This document shows positions 1 through 11,009 of a stretch of 64,000 bases of DNA, one piece after another. The position numbers and the translations under genes are program-made. The stretch spans positions 81 to 64,080 of the forward strand of contig JANXZU010000032.1 in NCBI GenBank assembly GCA_025355345.1, read 5' to 3'. This stretch comes from Syntrophaceae bacterium (GTDB lineage Bacteria > Desulfobacterota > Syntrophia > Syntrophales > Smithellaceae). The notes below the pieces were generated by a model. The model saw nothing but the letters and a program-made list of their open reading frames with translations. It ran no database searches and was not told where the DNA came from. Position 1 is the first letter of the stretch. Every line of letters starts with the position of its first letter.

Positions 1-563
1 ACGGCCTTTATACCCAATATTTCAACAGAATTCATAAAAGCGACGGGCAGATATTTCGTGGGCGCTATAAGTGTATTGTGATTGATGGTGATAGTTATTT
101 GCTGCAACTGGTGCGATATATCCTCTTTGCACCGACTTCTACCGCAATGACCTGGTCTATTGCTGATGTGGAACAAGACGCAAAACTTATCGCCTTGCAT
201 CTTGAAGATGTTTACTTACGAGTGAATATTGATCGGTCCCGCATTCTGCTCACCGGCATGTCTGACGGCGGCACTTATGCTCTGGGGTTGGCCTTATCAC
301 CGGATAGTATTTATCGTAGCGTTGCGCCGGTGGCCTGCGCTCTTGCACCTGTGGATTTTCTTCAAGCCAAAGGAAAGCGTATCTGCTGGATACACGGAGC
401 GCAAGATTGGATATTTACGGCAGCACATGCGGCCTACTCTTGCAAAGAGCTAAAGCAGGCCGGCGCTGATATCAAACTCAAAATTCTTCCCGATCTCTCA
501 CATACCTATCCACGTGAAGAGAACGACACCATCCTGCGGTGGTTTCAATCTGCCAATGCTTAA
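1..563 (+). CDS. alpha/beta-hydrolase, carboxylesterase/phospholipase type (5' end outside window)
   Basis: The frame is open from nt 3 to the stop at 561-563, and the track ORF starts at an internal GTG (78). GMSDGG nucleophile elbow (GxSxG) plus later D (GAQDW) and H (LSHTYP) fit a Ser-Asp-His triad. Confidence 0.55.
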   Translation, partial: GLYTQYFNRIHKSDGQIFRGRYKCIVIDGDSYLLQLVRYILFAPTSTAMTWSIADVEQDAKLIALHLEDVYLRVNIDRSRILLTGMSDGGTYALGLALSPDSIYRSVAPVACALAPVDFLQAKGKRICWIHGAQDWIFTAAHAAYSCKELKQAGADIKLKILPDLSHTYPREENDTILRWFQSANA

Positions 564-613
564 GGGAAATCACTTCTAATAATTCTGGAGACATAACACT
601 TAATTTGCATTTC

Positions 614-1489
614 TCACCAGTGGGGCTGATTCCCGATACGATAGCCCATGACTTCCCGCGTGTCAGTTACCACGACAAAGGCTGCCGGATCTTCCCTTTT
701 AATGATTTGCTTTAGCAGCCCCAACTCCCGGAAATTGACAACGGTGTAAAGGATGCGATGCTCTGTGCCCGAGTATGCCCCTTCGCCATGCAGAAAAGTG
801 ATCCCCCTGTTGATCTCTTCCAGGATTTGCCGGGAGATGCTTTCCCACTTAGAAGAGACAATGAAGATGGCCTTACGCTGGCTTAAGCCCGTAAGGACTA
901 CATTGATAAGCTGTGAGGAAACATACAGATAGATGAGGGTATAAAGGACGATCTCCAAAGAGAACAGGAACGCACAGAGAGTCAGTATGACGATGTTGCA
1001 TGCCAGAAGAGTTGTTCCCGGCTGGACGGAAAAACGCTGGAGAAGTATGACGGTCAGGATGTCTGTACCGCCGGATGATCCCAGCGATCGAAGGACAACA
1101 CCAGAGCCGGTACCCAGAATAATGCCTGCCAAAAGCGCGCTCAAAAGCGGGTCTTGCAGAGGAATCTTCACCTGGACAAGGGCCACGCAGGTGGAAAAGA
1201 TTATCATGCCTGCCACGCTGTAAAAGAAAAAACGCCGGTTCACCAGAAACCAGCTGGCAATAAATAAAGGCACATTAAAAAGAAAGTACAGAACAGCGAC
1301 AGACAGCCAGGGCACAAGGTAGTGGACGGTAAGGGCAAGGCCGGTGAAACCGCCGCTGACAAAGTGTTGAGGAATAAGAAGGCCATTTATGGCCACAGCG
1401 CAGATGGCGCTACCTGCCGTCATTAGAAGCAGGTTCCAGACGATCTGCCGCAGTGGCATCCACAGGGTTTTTATATCTATGCGGGACAT
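614..1489 (-). CDS. YitT-family membrane protein with C-terminal DUF2179-type domain
   Basis: Several TM helices followed by a soluble tail (FVVVTDTREVMGYRIG). The track start is TTG at 1534. The ATG at 1489 (MSRIDIK) is preceded by a GGAGGG Shine-Dalgarno sequence. Confidence 0.7.
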   Translation of the reverse strand: MSRIDIKTLWMPLRQIVWNLLLMTAGSAICAVAINGLLIPQHFVSGGFTGLALTVHYLVPWLSVAVLYFLFNVPLFIASWFLVNRRFFFYSVAGMIIFSTCVALVQVKIPLQDPLLSALLAGIILGTGSGVVLRSLGSSGGTDILTVILLQRFSVQPGTTLLACNIVILTLCAFLFSLEIVLYTLIYLYVSSQLINVVLTGLSQRKAIFIVSSKWESISRQILEEINRGITFLHGEGAYSGTEHRILYTVVNFRELGLLKQIIKREDPAAFVVVTDTREVMGYRIGNQPHW

Positions 1490-1698
1490 GACAACCCTCC
1501 TAAAACTATTATGCCGGTGAATGGAAAGATACAATTAATTTTAAACACGAATCATTAATGCCTGCAAGTGGATTTGTTTATACCGCTGCTCTTTCTTTAG
1601 CTATCTTTATTGGCTTTGTGGTATTGTGAGAATATATATGGCCTTATGCGGCAATTTATGGAAAATGTTTAATTAATAATCGTAAAGAGCACAATAAT

Positions 1699-1950
1699 AT
1701 GTCGATCCACATAATTCCAGTTGAAAAACTTAGCACCGATGCTTTAGATGGCGTTATTAAAGAATTCATTTCCAGAAACGGAACTGATTATGGTGAATAT
1801 GAGGCTGCCATGGAAACGAAGATTAGGCAGGTAAAACAAAAACTGGAAAAAGGTTTGGCAGTTCTTCTTTATGATGACGAGATGGAAACGACAAATATAT
1901 TCCGGCATGACGATCCGATTTTAAAGAAACTAGATAAAATAGATGAATAA
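1699..1950 (+). CDS. yheU: YheU-family small protein (UPF0270)
   Basis: 83 aa. The LDGVIKEFISRNGTDYGEYE...KIRQVKQKLEKGLAVLLYD pattern matches recalled YheU proteins. Confidence 0.65.
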   Translation: MSIHIIPVEKLSTDALDGVIKEFISRNGTDYGEYEAAMETKIRQVKQKLEKGLAVLLYDDEMETTNIFRHDDPILKKLDKIDE

Positions 1951-1980
1951 AACCAGTTACGAGTATAGTACACCACTTAT

Positions 1981-2075
1981 GCGGGATAGTCCCGCGTCGT
2001 CGCAGATACCCTTCAGGGTGCTTCGATCCTGGGATAATTCGACTAACGCTTCCTATAGTCAGCGAGTCTCATTAT
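1981..2075 (+). repeat. intergenic mosaic repeat R1, short variant (copy 1)
   Basis: Contains block GGGATAATTCGACTAAC and block GAGTCTCATTA, which recur at 8449-8572(-), 10865-10937(+) and 15601-15717(+). GACT...AGTC closes a hairpin. The copy ends directly at the rluA-family ATG. Confidence 0.7.
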
Positions 2076-2076
2076 A

Positions 2077-2967
2077 ATGAGTGAAATAAAAAAAATCTCT
2101 TACCAAATGATTCTGCGGGTAGCACGCGAGGCTAAGCTTTTGGAATTTCTCTACGAATCATTTCCGGAGCAAAGCAGAAAATCTGTAAAAGCGCTTCTGG
2201 AACAAAAACAGATAATGATCTTAAATAAGATTGTCACTCAGTTTGATTATCCGCTTGCGCCGGATATGAATGTTATAATTCTGAGAAAAAAAGCACTACG
2301 CGACAATACACCCAGGAGGATGAATCTGCTTTATGAAGATGAACATCTTATCGTAATTGAGAAATCATCTGGTCTTCTTTCAGTTGTTACCGAAAAAGGA
2401 AATGAAGAGACTGCCTTCAGTATTTTAAAAAACTATCTGAAAACAAACAATTCCCAGGCACAGCTTTATATTGTGCATCGGCTTGATCGTGACACATCCG
2501 GTGTAATGATGTTTGCCAAAAGTAAAGAAGTTCAGCAGAAATTGCAGGAAAATTGGGACAATGCTGTAACCAAGCGGGTCTACTATGCTGTGGTTGAAGG
2601 CCATGTGCAAAAGGCAGAAGGGGAATTTGTATCGTGCCTTAAAGAAAGTAAATCATTAAAAATGTATTCATCCAAAACTTCTGGAGATGGACAAAAAGCG
2701 GTTACCCGCTACCGCGTTTTGAAAAGCAATGCCCGATATACGCTTTTGGAAGTGGAATTAGAGACAGGCAGAAAAAATCAGATACGGGTTCATCTTCAGG
2801 ATATTGGTCATAGCGTGGCGGGCGATAAAAAGTATGGTGCGGTAACTGATCCGCTGCGGCGTCTGGCACTCCACGCCGGGATTCTGGAATTTTTCCACCC
2901 GGCAACCGGCAAAAGCATGCATTTTGAAACACCGGTTCCGGCAGTAATGGAAAAGCTATTTGAGTAA
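2077..2967 (+). CDS. RluA-family 23S rRNA/tRNA pseudouridine synthase with N-terminal S4-like segment
   Basis: Catalytic motif HRLDRDTSGVMMFAKS, and later KNQIRVH and LHA motifs. Confidence 0.85.
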   Translation: MSEIKKISYQMILRVAREAKLLEFLYESFPEQSRKSVKALLEQKQIMILNKIVTQFDYPLAPDMNVIILRKKALRDNTPRRMNLLYEDEHLIVIEKSSGLLSVVTEKGNEETAFSILKNYLKTNNSQAQLYIVHRLDRDTSGVMMFAKSKEVQQKLQENWDNAVTKRVYYAVVEGHVQKAEGEFVSCLKESKSLKMYSSKTSGDGQKAVTRYRVLKSNARYTLLEVELETGRKNQIRVHLQDIGHSVAGDKKYGAVTDPLRRLALHAGILEFFHPATGKSMHFETPVPAVMEKLFE

Positions 2968-2982
2968 TTGGATATATTTAGA

Positions 2983-3013
2983 TTGCCACGCCGACCAAGG
3001 GTCGGCTCGCAAT
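2983..3013. terminator. GC-rich hairpin between convergent genes (possible bidirectional terminator, no U-tract)
   Basis: ATTGC-cac-GCCGAC-caagg-GTCGGC-tc-GCAAT lies between the stops at 2967 and 3023. Confidence 0.3.
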
Positions 3014-3022
3014 GACATGGTA

Positions 3023-5608
3023 TTACTTGAAATAACAGATCATTTCCTGCGCCACCACATCAGAAATAAATCGCAAATCCTTTCCCTGAACATCATAGAC
3101 GTAAACTACATCGGAGTATTTTATATCTTCCGGTGCAAGCACTTCTAACAAATTGGGCATTTCCTGCATCCATCTAGTATTAAAAATCACGTTTTCAGTT
3201 TTCGGATAAATAGCCATATAAAATATATCCATTTCCACAAGGTCTTGAAAGAAATGAGTACCGAAGGATAATTCAGGTATCAGGCTGCCTTCGGAGTACG
3301 CAATTTCAGCTATCGCGGTGATATTATCAATTTCTGAAAAGGTAACAGGCACTCCCATTGCCGGAGTTGTTGTTCCCCAACGCCCCGGCCCGAAAAGAAT
3401 CGTTGGCATTTCATCGCGCTTGCCAATTGTCTTATTAATTTTTCCTACTAAACGGGCAATATTGTATTTATCCGAAAGTGGCAGCTTTGAGTATTTCTGA
3501 GGATCAATATAAATGATTCTTGAAATATTTTCGTAAACACCGCCACCCATGAAGTTACCCTGCTGCCGTAGAAATATTTTTCCCTGATCAATATTGTCCG
3601 GGATTTCAACTCTTTTATAGTGGCCTCTAGTCTGAAATGGCCGACACTGAAGAAGATTTATCTGCAGATTCCCCTCTGCATTAAAATTTGCCGTAAATTC
3701 AATATCAACCGGATAATCATATACCTTTTCCAATTGTTGCAGCATTTTGGACATAAGTTCCGCAAACTCTGTTTTCGAAAGAAGTTCGTCAAAGGTGAGC
3801 ATCCAAACTTCTGTGTCTTTACCTGTGGCTTTCATCCTTTCTGTGGCATCAATATCGCGAGTGCCGATCATGTCCAGATGTTCTTCCAAATCTTCTTTAA
3901 GCACCGCGTCCATTGATAATGACACAAAACGATTTTCCTCAAGATTCAGGACATCAACACCATGCTGAGAAAAACGTCCGGCGTCTTCCTGTTTCGCGTA
4001 TGGTTTGATCAGCGGTGCATCAAGGGCGACAATACGCGGGTAATCATTTTCCACCCGGTTTACCGCTCTTGTCCCCAGCCCAAATACGAGCCTGAGCATT
4101 CCCGCCTTTGGGTCCATTCCTTTCTGCCAGACAAAAGTATTATACGATAATCCGACACCGGCTAATTCCGGGAAATAATATTTTTTGCGGTAAGAGCCGG
4201 AGACGCGCTGCACCAAAAGCGCCATCTGCTCGTCCTGCTGATCCAGACCGCGCTGGAGACGATACGTCAGTGCGTCCACATTCATGGTGCTGGCAAATAT
4301 TTTCCGGACAACCTCCTCAAATTTTTCATAACGCTCCTCTGGTGTTCCCTGATTGGCGCAGAAATAAGTCTCATACTTTCCGGCAAAAGCATTGCCGAAA
4401 GCATCTTCCAGAAGGCTGCTGGAACGCACAATAATGGGCGATTGCCCGAAATATTCGAGCATCAGCTGAAATCGCTCCTGAATTTCATCCGGAAACCTGC
4501 CTTTAAGCATTTTCTTTTTTAATTCGGCGGCACTTTCAAAATATCTTTCCCTGGTTTTGTGAGACATGAAATCACTCCACCAGTCGTTTTGGACAATGTA
4601 TGAATAAAAGACATCCGATCCGATGTAAAATGAATCATGTAATTCCAGATGTCTGGACCAATCTGTTGCAGTATCTTTTCGCAATATGTTGCGGGCCAAA
4701 AGCATGCCTGCGGATTTGCCACCGATATATCCCGTTCCAATCAGCCGCTCTTTAATTTCAAGCAGATCCTCCAGCGTAAAATATTTCTTCACCAGAGCTA
4801 GGATTCTTTTTTCTTTTCCTATCAATACTGAAGAAAGCTGCTCTACAATTTTATTTATCTGATCGTCATCCTGCTTATTATCACGAACTTCTTTTGCCTG
4901 CATAAACAGGCGATCCCAATAGTCCAGATTTCTCTCGGCAGTACTTGCTGCTGTGTGAGTCAGATAGGAAAACAAGTTGGAAGCATCCGCGCTGTTCATT
5001 ATCGGAACAAATTCATCTTTATCCATCATGTGCGGCAGAAACATTGTCGGCGAAAAGCGCTGCCATGCCTTTAGAGGATGTACATATAATTTATCCTTGT
5101 AGCTATAAACATCCAGAAGCACCTGAGTAGTTTCTCTAATGCGGGCAATGGTCTTAAAGGAATGACTGTTGCGCAGTATGCAAAAGTAGGTGACTGTATT
5201 TAAATCAAAAAGATGAGGACAAGTAACCACAAAAAAATTCCCGATCATCATGTCGGTCGCCCAGGCTAAAAGCAGATCGGAAAGGCAATCAAATACATAA
5301 AAGACATCGCGTCCTTCCTGTTTGATTATATTATGCACCTCTCTGGAGAAAGATTCAAAACCGGTATTGGCGTTCAGATGATATAAGGTAATTTTATCAG
5401 ATGATTCCAGGAGCGGCTCATGCTTAGCAAAACGCATATAAATAACGCGCTTTCCCTTCTCCAGGGCAGTCTTTACAAAAGGGTTGATAAATATTTTATA
5501 ATCTTCAATATTTTCAACCTGGAAAACAACATTGTCACCTATTTGCAGGTAGTTAAGAGTTTTATCCAACCCTTTAATACCTGTACTCACGCTGGATATG
5601 TTTATCAT
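3023..5608 (-). CDS. large PEP/pyruvate-binding (PPDK_N-type) protein with a degenerate KaiC/RecA-like N-terminal domain
   Basis: IIVRSSSLLEDAFGNAFAGKYETYF is the PPDK_N / PEP-synthase nucleotide-binding signature. The N-terminal GIKGLDKTLNYLQIGDNVVFQV resembles KaiC-type domains but has no P-loop. The track start is GTG (5617); the ATG is at 5608. Confidence 0.6.
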   Translation of the reverse strand: MINISSVSTGIKGLDKTLNYLQIGDNVVFQVENIEDYKIFINPFVKTALEKGKRVIYMRFAKHEPLLESSDKITLYHLNANTGFESFSREVHNIIKQEGRDVFYVFDCLSDLLLAWATDMMIGNFFVVTCPHLFDLNTVTYFCILRNSHSFKTIARIRETTQVLLDVYSYKDKLYVHPLKAWQRFSPTMFLPHMMDKDEFVPIMNSADASNLFSYLTHTAASTAERNLDYWDRLFMQAKEVRDNKQDDDQINKIVEQLSSVLIGKEKRILALVKKYFTLEDLLEIKERLIGTGYIGGKSAGMLLARNILRKDTATDWSRHLELHDSFYIGSDVFYSYIVQNDWWSDFMSHKTRERYFESAAELKKKMLKGRFPDEIQERFQLMLEYFGQSPIIVRSSSLLEDAFGNAFAGKYETYFCANQGTPEERYEKFEEVVRKIFASTMNVDALTYRLQRGLDQQDEQMALLVQRVSGSYRKKYYFPELAGVGLSYNTFVWQKGMDPKAGMLRLVFGLGTRAVNRVENDYPRIVALDAPLIKPYAKQEDAGRFSQHGVDVLNLEENRFVSLSMDAVLKEDLEEHLDMIGTRDIDATERMKATGKDTEVWMLTFDELLSKTEFAELMSKMLQQLEKVYDYPVDIEFTANFNAEGNLQINLLQCRPFQTRGHYKRVEIPDNIDQGKIFLRQQGNFMGGGVYENISRIIYIDPQKYSKLPLSDKYNIARLVGKINKTIGKRDEMPTILFGPGRWGTTTPAMGVPVTFSEIDNITAIAEIAYSEGSLIPELSFGTHFFQDLVEMDIFYMAIYPKTENVIFNTRWMQEMPNLLEVLAPEDIKYSDVVYVYDVQGKDLRFISDVVAQEMICYFK

Positions 5609-5963
5609 GAAAAACACCCTTATCCGGATAAATATTATTTCTTACGGTAACCCCAATTTGAAATTAAATCACTATTTTTTTGGCAACACATCCGTATAAT
5701 CACATTAAAATCGGTTTTATATTGATTGCAGAGGTGCACAGCATGGTCTTGTCCTGACATTATTTCTTTAGTTTTTCTGTTTATTTTATTTCCGTCAAAA
5801 TAGTCTATTGCTTCAATAACATTGGGTATTATTTAAATATTATGCCTTGACACTTTACGCAATCGATACAATATTGATTCAAATTTATTTTTTTGAACAA
5901 ATTTGTATTTGACAATATTGTTATTTCTGAGTAGGAATACGGCAACCCATTGCCGAGTGACTT

Positions 5964-6965
5964 ATGAAACAATTTTTCAAACCTGAAGATGTAGAAAGAA
6001 AGCTCATCCTGATCTTAAAAATTATGTCTGAAAGTTCAGAACCAATGGGCGCACGTGTAATTGCCAGAAAGATGTCCGAGCAAAACGTTGTGCTAAGCGA
6101 AAGGACTGTCCGCTACCATCTTAAACTTATGGATGAAAAAGGTCTTTCAAAACTTATCGGGCGGCGCGACGGAAGAGTTATTACCAGTCTGGGGCAGGAC
6201 GAAATCGAAAATGCGCGTGTTCAGGATAAAATCGGACTTTCCATATCCCGTATTGATGTCCTTTCTTTTAAAACAACTTTTAACCTCAAAAAGATGCGAG
6301 GTTTGACGCCGGTTAATATTTCTTTCTTCCCACAGGATCAATTTAAGCAGGCTGTTGTCGCAATGAAGCCGGCTTTCAAAAAGAATCTTGCTGTAAGTTC
6401 CAGGGTAGCAATTGCCCCCGCAGGAAAATATCTGGGCGATATTGTCGTTCCCGAAGGGAAAGTGGGACTTGCGACAATTTGCAGTATTTTGATTAACGGT
6501 GTTCTTTTAAAGCAGGGAATCCCGATTGATTCTAAATTTGGCGGGATTCTCCAGGTAAAAAATTCTGATGCATTAAGATTTGTGGAATTGATTCATTATT
6601 CCGGATCGTCTCTTGATCCATCGGAAATATTTATTCGCGGCAAAATGACCTCTGTAGGAAAGGTGGTTGAAAAAGGCGAAGGGAAAGTTCTGGCCAATTT
6701 CCGTGAAATACCAGCGCTTAGCCGCAATCTTGTTGAAGATATAGTAGGAAACATGACCAAGGCCGGAATTAACGGCGTTCTTTCTATCGGCAGCGCCGGA
6801 AATCCTGTTGGACAGACGAGCGTGGATTTAAACAAGGCGGGAATGATTCTAATCGGTGGGCTAAACCCGATTGCCAAGGCTTACGAAGAGGGTTTTGACG
6901 TGGATAACAGGGCAATGTCTACAGTGATGGAATTTGATGATTTGCATAGTATTGAAGATTTTTAA
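5964..6965 (+). CDS. NrpR-like transcriptional repressor (winged HTH plus one DUF128 domain)
   Basis: GARVIARKMSE..SERTVRYHLKLMDEKGL wHTH followed by about 230 aa resembling the NrpR/DUF128 fold (family recall). The stop is 36 nt upstream of gdhA. Confidence 0.55.
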   Translation: MKQFFKPEDVERKLILILKIMSESSEPMGARVIARKMSEQNVVLSERTVRYHLKLMDEKGLSKLIGRRDGRVITSLGQDEIENARVQDKIGLSISRIDVLSFKTTFNLKKMRGLTPVNISFFPQDQFKQAVVAMKPAFKKNLAVSSRVAIAPAGKYLGDIVVPEGKVGLATICSILINGVLLKQGIPIDSKFGGILQVKNSDALRFVELIHYSGSSLDPSEIFIRGKMTSVGKVVEKGEGKVLANFREIPALSRNLVEDIVGNMTKAGINGVLSIGSAGNPVGQTSVDLNKAGMILIGGLNPIAKAYEEGFDVDNRAMSTVMEFDDLHSIEDF

Positions 6966-8357
<1,392 letters not shown>

Positions 8358-8384
8358 TATCAAAGGATAAGAGCTTTAGATTTT

Positions 8385-8418
8385 AAAGCCGCAGCCAGAT
8401 TATGGCTGCGGCTTTTTA
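8385..8418 (+). terminator. rho-independent terminator of gdhA
   Basis: AAAGCCGCAGCC-agattat-GGCTGCGGCTTT followed by a T run. Confidence 0.8.
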
Positions 8419-8448
8419 GTGACACCCAGCTTTTATAAGCGCAGCTCA

Positions 8449-8572
8449 CTGAAACCTGCTGGTAGTAATGAGACTCCAATTATGTAAGCGTAGCGCAACA
8501 GAATTGGTTAGTCGAATTATCCAATAGCCGAAGGCTATTGGGAACTATACCGCGCAAGCGGCGGAAGTGACG
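8449..8572 (-). repeat. intergenic mosaic repeat R1, full-length variant (copy 2)
   Basis: The reverse complement aligns with 15601-15717. The 56-nt core ATAATTCGACTAACCAATTCTGTTGCGCTACGCTTACATAATTGGAGTCTCATTAC matches 49/56 by hand. It carries the perfect hairpin CCAATAGCC-ttc-GGCTATTGG. Confidence 0.75.
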
Positions 8573-8607
8573 TATGTAAACTTAAGTATCAGTAGGTCAG
8601 TATGGTT

Positions 8608-8940
8608 TTACTTTATCATTCCCGAGATGGCTTGTCTCTTTGTGTGCTTTTTGAACGGACCCATCATCAGTATGCATCGTGTATCCTTATATTCAGCGGC
8701 AGAATACCGACTACTTAATGATGGCGCTCCGGCAGGATACCAGGTGTAATACCCGCACCGACCTTCGCCTATGCACTGCGCACGGCACTGTTCCGCTGTT
8801 ATGTTTTTAAAATCCTGGACCCCTGCCCCAACATATTCTGTTTCAGGCTCGTAACTGAATACTCTTTCGTATGCCATTGCGTTGATGCTGAATGCGGCGA
8901 AAACTAACAAAGAAACGCTCAATATGGTCCGAATTTTCAT
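8608..8940 (-). CDS. small secreted Cys-rich protein, PAN/Apple-like
   Basis: Signal peptide MKIRTILSVSLLVFAAFSINAMA. The CRAQCIGEGRCGYYTWY spacing resembles PAN/Apple modules (weak). Confidence 0.4.
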   Translation of the reverse strand: MKIRTILSVSLLVFAAFSINAMAYERVFSYEPETEYVGAGVQDFKNITAEQCRAQCIGEGRCGYYTWYPAGAPSLSSRYSAAEYKDTRCILMMGPFKKHTKRQAISGMIK

Positions 8941-9075
8941 GCCTTTCCCCCTTTGATATTTTCATAACAACTTGCTTTCATGGGAAGAGAGTATAGGAAT
9001 ATTGTAATTGTATGTCAAGAAAATGTTGAGCCTTGTCCAGCCAATTTAGAAATGTCCTATTAGAACCTATTAGAA

Positions 9076-10110
9076 GGCTTAATGCGGAAAAACGGGGTCT
9101 CTTTTTGTTAATATTTCTTGAATAATTTTTTTTTTGAGCGTTTTATTAATTCCACGGTGAACCCTGACTAATTCTTTCAGATAAGCAAAACAACCATCCA
9201 GAACATTCGTTGTATTCGGAATATTTAACTCTGGGTGTTTTTGATAAGTAAACAAATAAGGCAGATTAATTTTCAAGCTTCGATATGCTGAGCGAAGTCT
9301 TTTGCGAGTATAAAACCATTTGCCGGTTAACGGATCTGTTGTTCTCTCTTTGAGGAATAATAACCATTTTTGATGCCAGTCATATATAGCTGCTGTAAAA
9401 GTTCTTTCATTTGACTGGCAAAGAGTGGCGGTGATTTTCTTCAATTCTATACCTGCTTCTAATTTTGGATTATCAGTCAGATAACGAGTAATAATCTGTT
9501 TCTGATGAAAGTGACACATCTGTATAGGAACATCAGAGAAGAGCTGTCTCACGCCAGGCCTGCCATCCAAGACGATAGCCTGAATGGTGTAACCACGTTT
9601 CTCTAAAACAATTCTCCCCTGTCTATAAGCATCAACAGATTCATTCTGAACTTCTTGAACATAAATATTTGTCTTAAGATGCGGTGCCCTGATTACACAT
9701 AATCCAAAATCTCTCTTAAAAAATGTTACATCTGCAATGGCTACTATAGGCTGGGGAACTTGACTTTGCTTTTTTACAGGTACTTCTCTGAGGCATGCTC
9801 TTATCCAGTTTTTACCTCGCTTATATTTTGCCGCTAACTGACTTATTGTCTGCCGTTGATATATGTATTGCGTCCAGAGTGTCTTTTTTAATCGCTTATT
9901 TCGAATATGATTTTGAAACTGTTTGCCGCATGAATTGCATCGATAGCGCTGTCTTTGGTTGTTATAGAACCCTTTCTTTTTTGTCTTATTTGAGCTGCAA
10001 TATGGACATTTTTTTACTCATCTTTCAGCCTTCTGAATTTTTAACCATATATACCATTGTTATCACAAAACAATTAACCTATTTTAGACCCCGTTTTTAG
10101 GTATTAAGCC
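9076..10110 (-). mobile_element. insertion sequence (about 1035 bp) with 25-bp imperfect terminal inverted repeats
   Basis: GGCTTAATGCGGAAAAACGGGGTCT (9076-9100) versus the reverse complement of 10086-10110, GGCTTAATACCTAAAAACGGGGTCT. The element encloses a single transposase frame. Confidence 0.8.
9079..10021 (-). pseudogene. DDE-type transposase with N-terminal zinc ribbon, frame broken in an A7 run
   Basis: The open frame 9079-10008 encodes CPYCSSNKTKKKGFYNNQRQRYRCNSCGKQF...IADVTF...IVLDGRPG...CHFHQKQ but has no in-frame start before the TTG at 9570. The only SD-less ATG (ATGAGTAAAAAAATG, 10021) is one frame off, across the T7/A7 run at 10009-10015. Confidence 0.65.
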
Positions 10111-10266
10111 TCAATTGGCAAGAATTGGACAGAAGGTTGGGAGTCGTCCATGCCAGGACAATTCACGTATAGATACAAGCGAAGCGCCATGCTGGTTCAG
10201 GCTTACAGCGTGAACAGAAATATTTAGAAGCAGACGGAACGCACCAGCAAGAAAATATACAGTTGA

Positions 10267-10389
10267 ATTGATATATTGAAGTACGTCCCCCAGAACACGC
10301 TCATGTTCGGTTATTCCACAGATTTGCGATCAGCAACTCAAGGTCGTGCAGTATTTTCTATGATTTTTTCCGAATACAATAAAGCATAA
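10267..10389 (+). pseudogene. C-terminal remnant (40 codons) of an EF-G-family GTPase
   Basis: [40 protein letters not shown] matches the conserved EF-G C-terminus (MFGYatdLRSxTQGRA). It is preceded by an in-frame TGA, and no upstream domains are present. Confidence 0.6.
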
Positions 10390-10475
10390 AAATAGTTTAA
10401 AGATTGTATATAGGCCGCTATCCCTGCTTACTGTAAATGTGTAGTGATATTGAAGCATCAGCATATATTCCAAAG

Positions 10476-10551
10476 TTTAGTCGAGTCTTTTCGACTCGAC
10501 TGAAGTAACACTCTGAAGAACAGCAAAAGGCCGAGTCGAAAAGACTCGGCC
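10476..10551. repeat. REP-like hairpin pair in inverted orientation
   Basis: 10476-10504 is TTTAGTCGAGTC-ttttc-GACTCGACTGAA. 10529-10551 is GGCCGAGTC-gaaaa-GACTCGGCC. Shared core GAGTC-N5-GACTC with opposite loop polarity. Confidence 0.8.
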
Positions 10552-10562
10552 TAACTAAGCAA

Positions 10563-10835
10563 CTAGCGGAACAAATCAGAATGTGTTCCGGTGCGTTCGA
10601 AAATTATCCTGTTTTCATCAAGCCGGTAAATCAAAAGCCAATCCGGCTCTAAATGGCATTCGCGGCGGTCTTTGAAATTGCCCCGCAGCAGATGATCCTT
10701 CATTTTCGCATCCAGCGGTTTTTCGTTTGTCAGTAACACAATTACAGATTTGATTTTAGATAAATCACACCCGCGTTTGATCATTCTTTTTAAATCTTTT
10801 TCAAAGCGGGTTGTATATACCGGAATAAGCTTCAT
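10563..10835 (-). CDS. YafQ/RelE-family type II toxin (mRNA interferase)
   Basis: FEKDLKRMIKRG...DHLLRGNFKDRRECHLEPDWLLIY...RTGTHSDLF matches the YafQ pattern. The ATG at 10835 is preferred over the track start. Confidence 0.8.
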   Translation of the reverse strand: MKLIPVYTTRFEKDLKRMIKRGCDLSKIKSVIVLLTNEKPLDAKMKDHLLRGNFKDRRECHLEPDWLLIYRLDENRIIFERTGTHSDLFR

Positions 10836-10864
10836 ACCAAGCAACCATCAAATATTATAACTAC

Positions 10865-10937
10865 TTAGCTTCGCACTTGGGATAATTCGACTAGCACTTC
10901 GAACTTCACTTCGTTCGTTTTCAGCAAGTCTCATTAA
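10865..10937 (+). repeat. intergenic mosaic repeat R1, short variant (copy 3)
   Basis: GGGATAATTCGACTAGC ... GCAAGTCTCATTA, with a GACTAGC/GCAAGTC closing stem. It lies inside the toxin-antitoxin spacer. Confidence 0.65.
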
Positions 10938-10949
10938 AAGATTGATCTA

Positions 10950-11009
10950 CCGGGCATAATCCCAAGTAAGCTTTCAAAAATTCACATTATTTTTGAAAGC
11001 AACTTTGTA
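10950..11009 (-). repeat. hairpin repeat H (copy 1), immediately 3' of the antitoxin stop
   Basis: The reverse complement TACAAAGTTGCTTTCAAA...TTTGAAAGCTTACTTGGGATTATGCCCGG aligns with 35898-35962. The arms are conserved and the loop is divergent. Confidence 0.7.
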
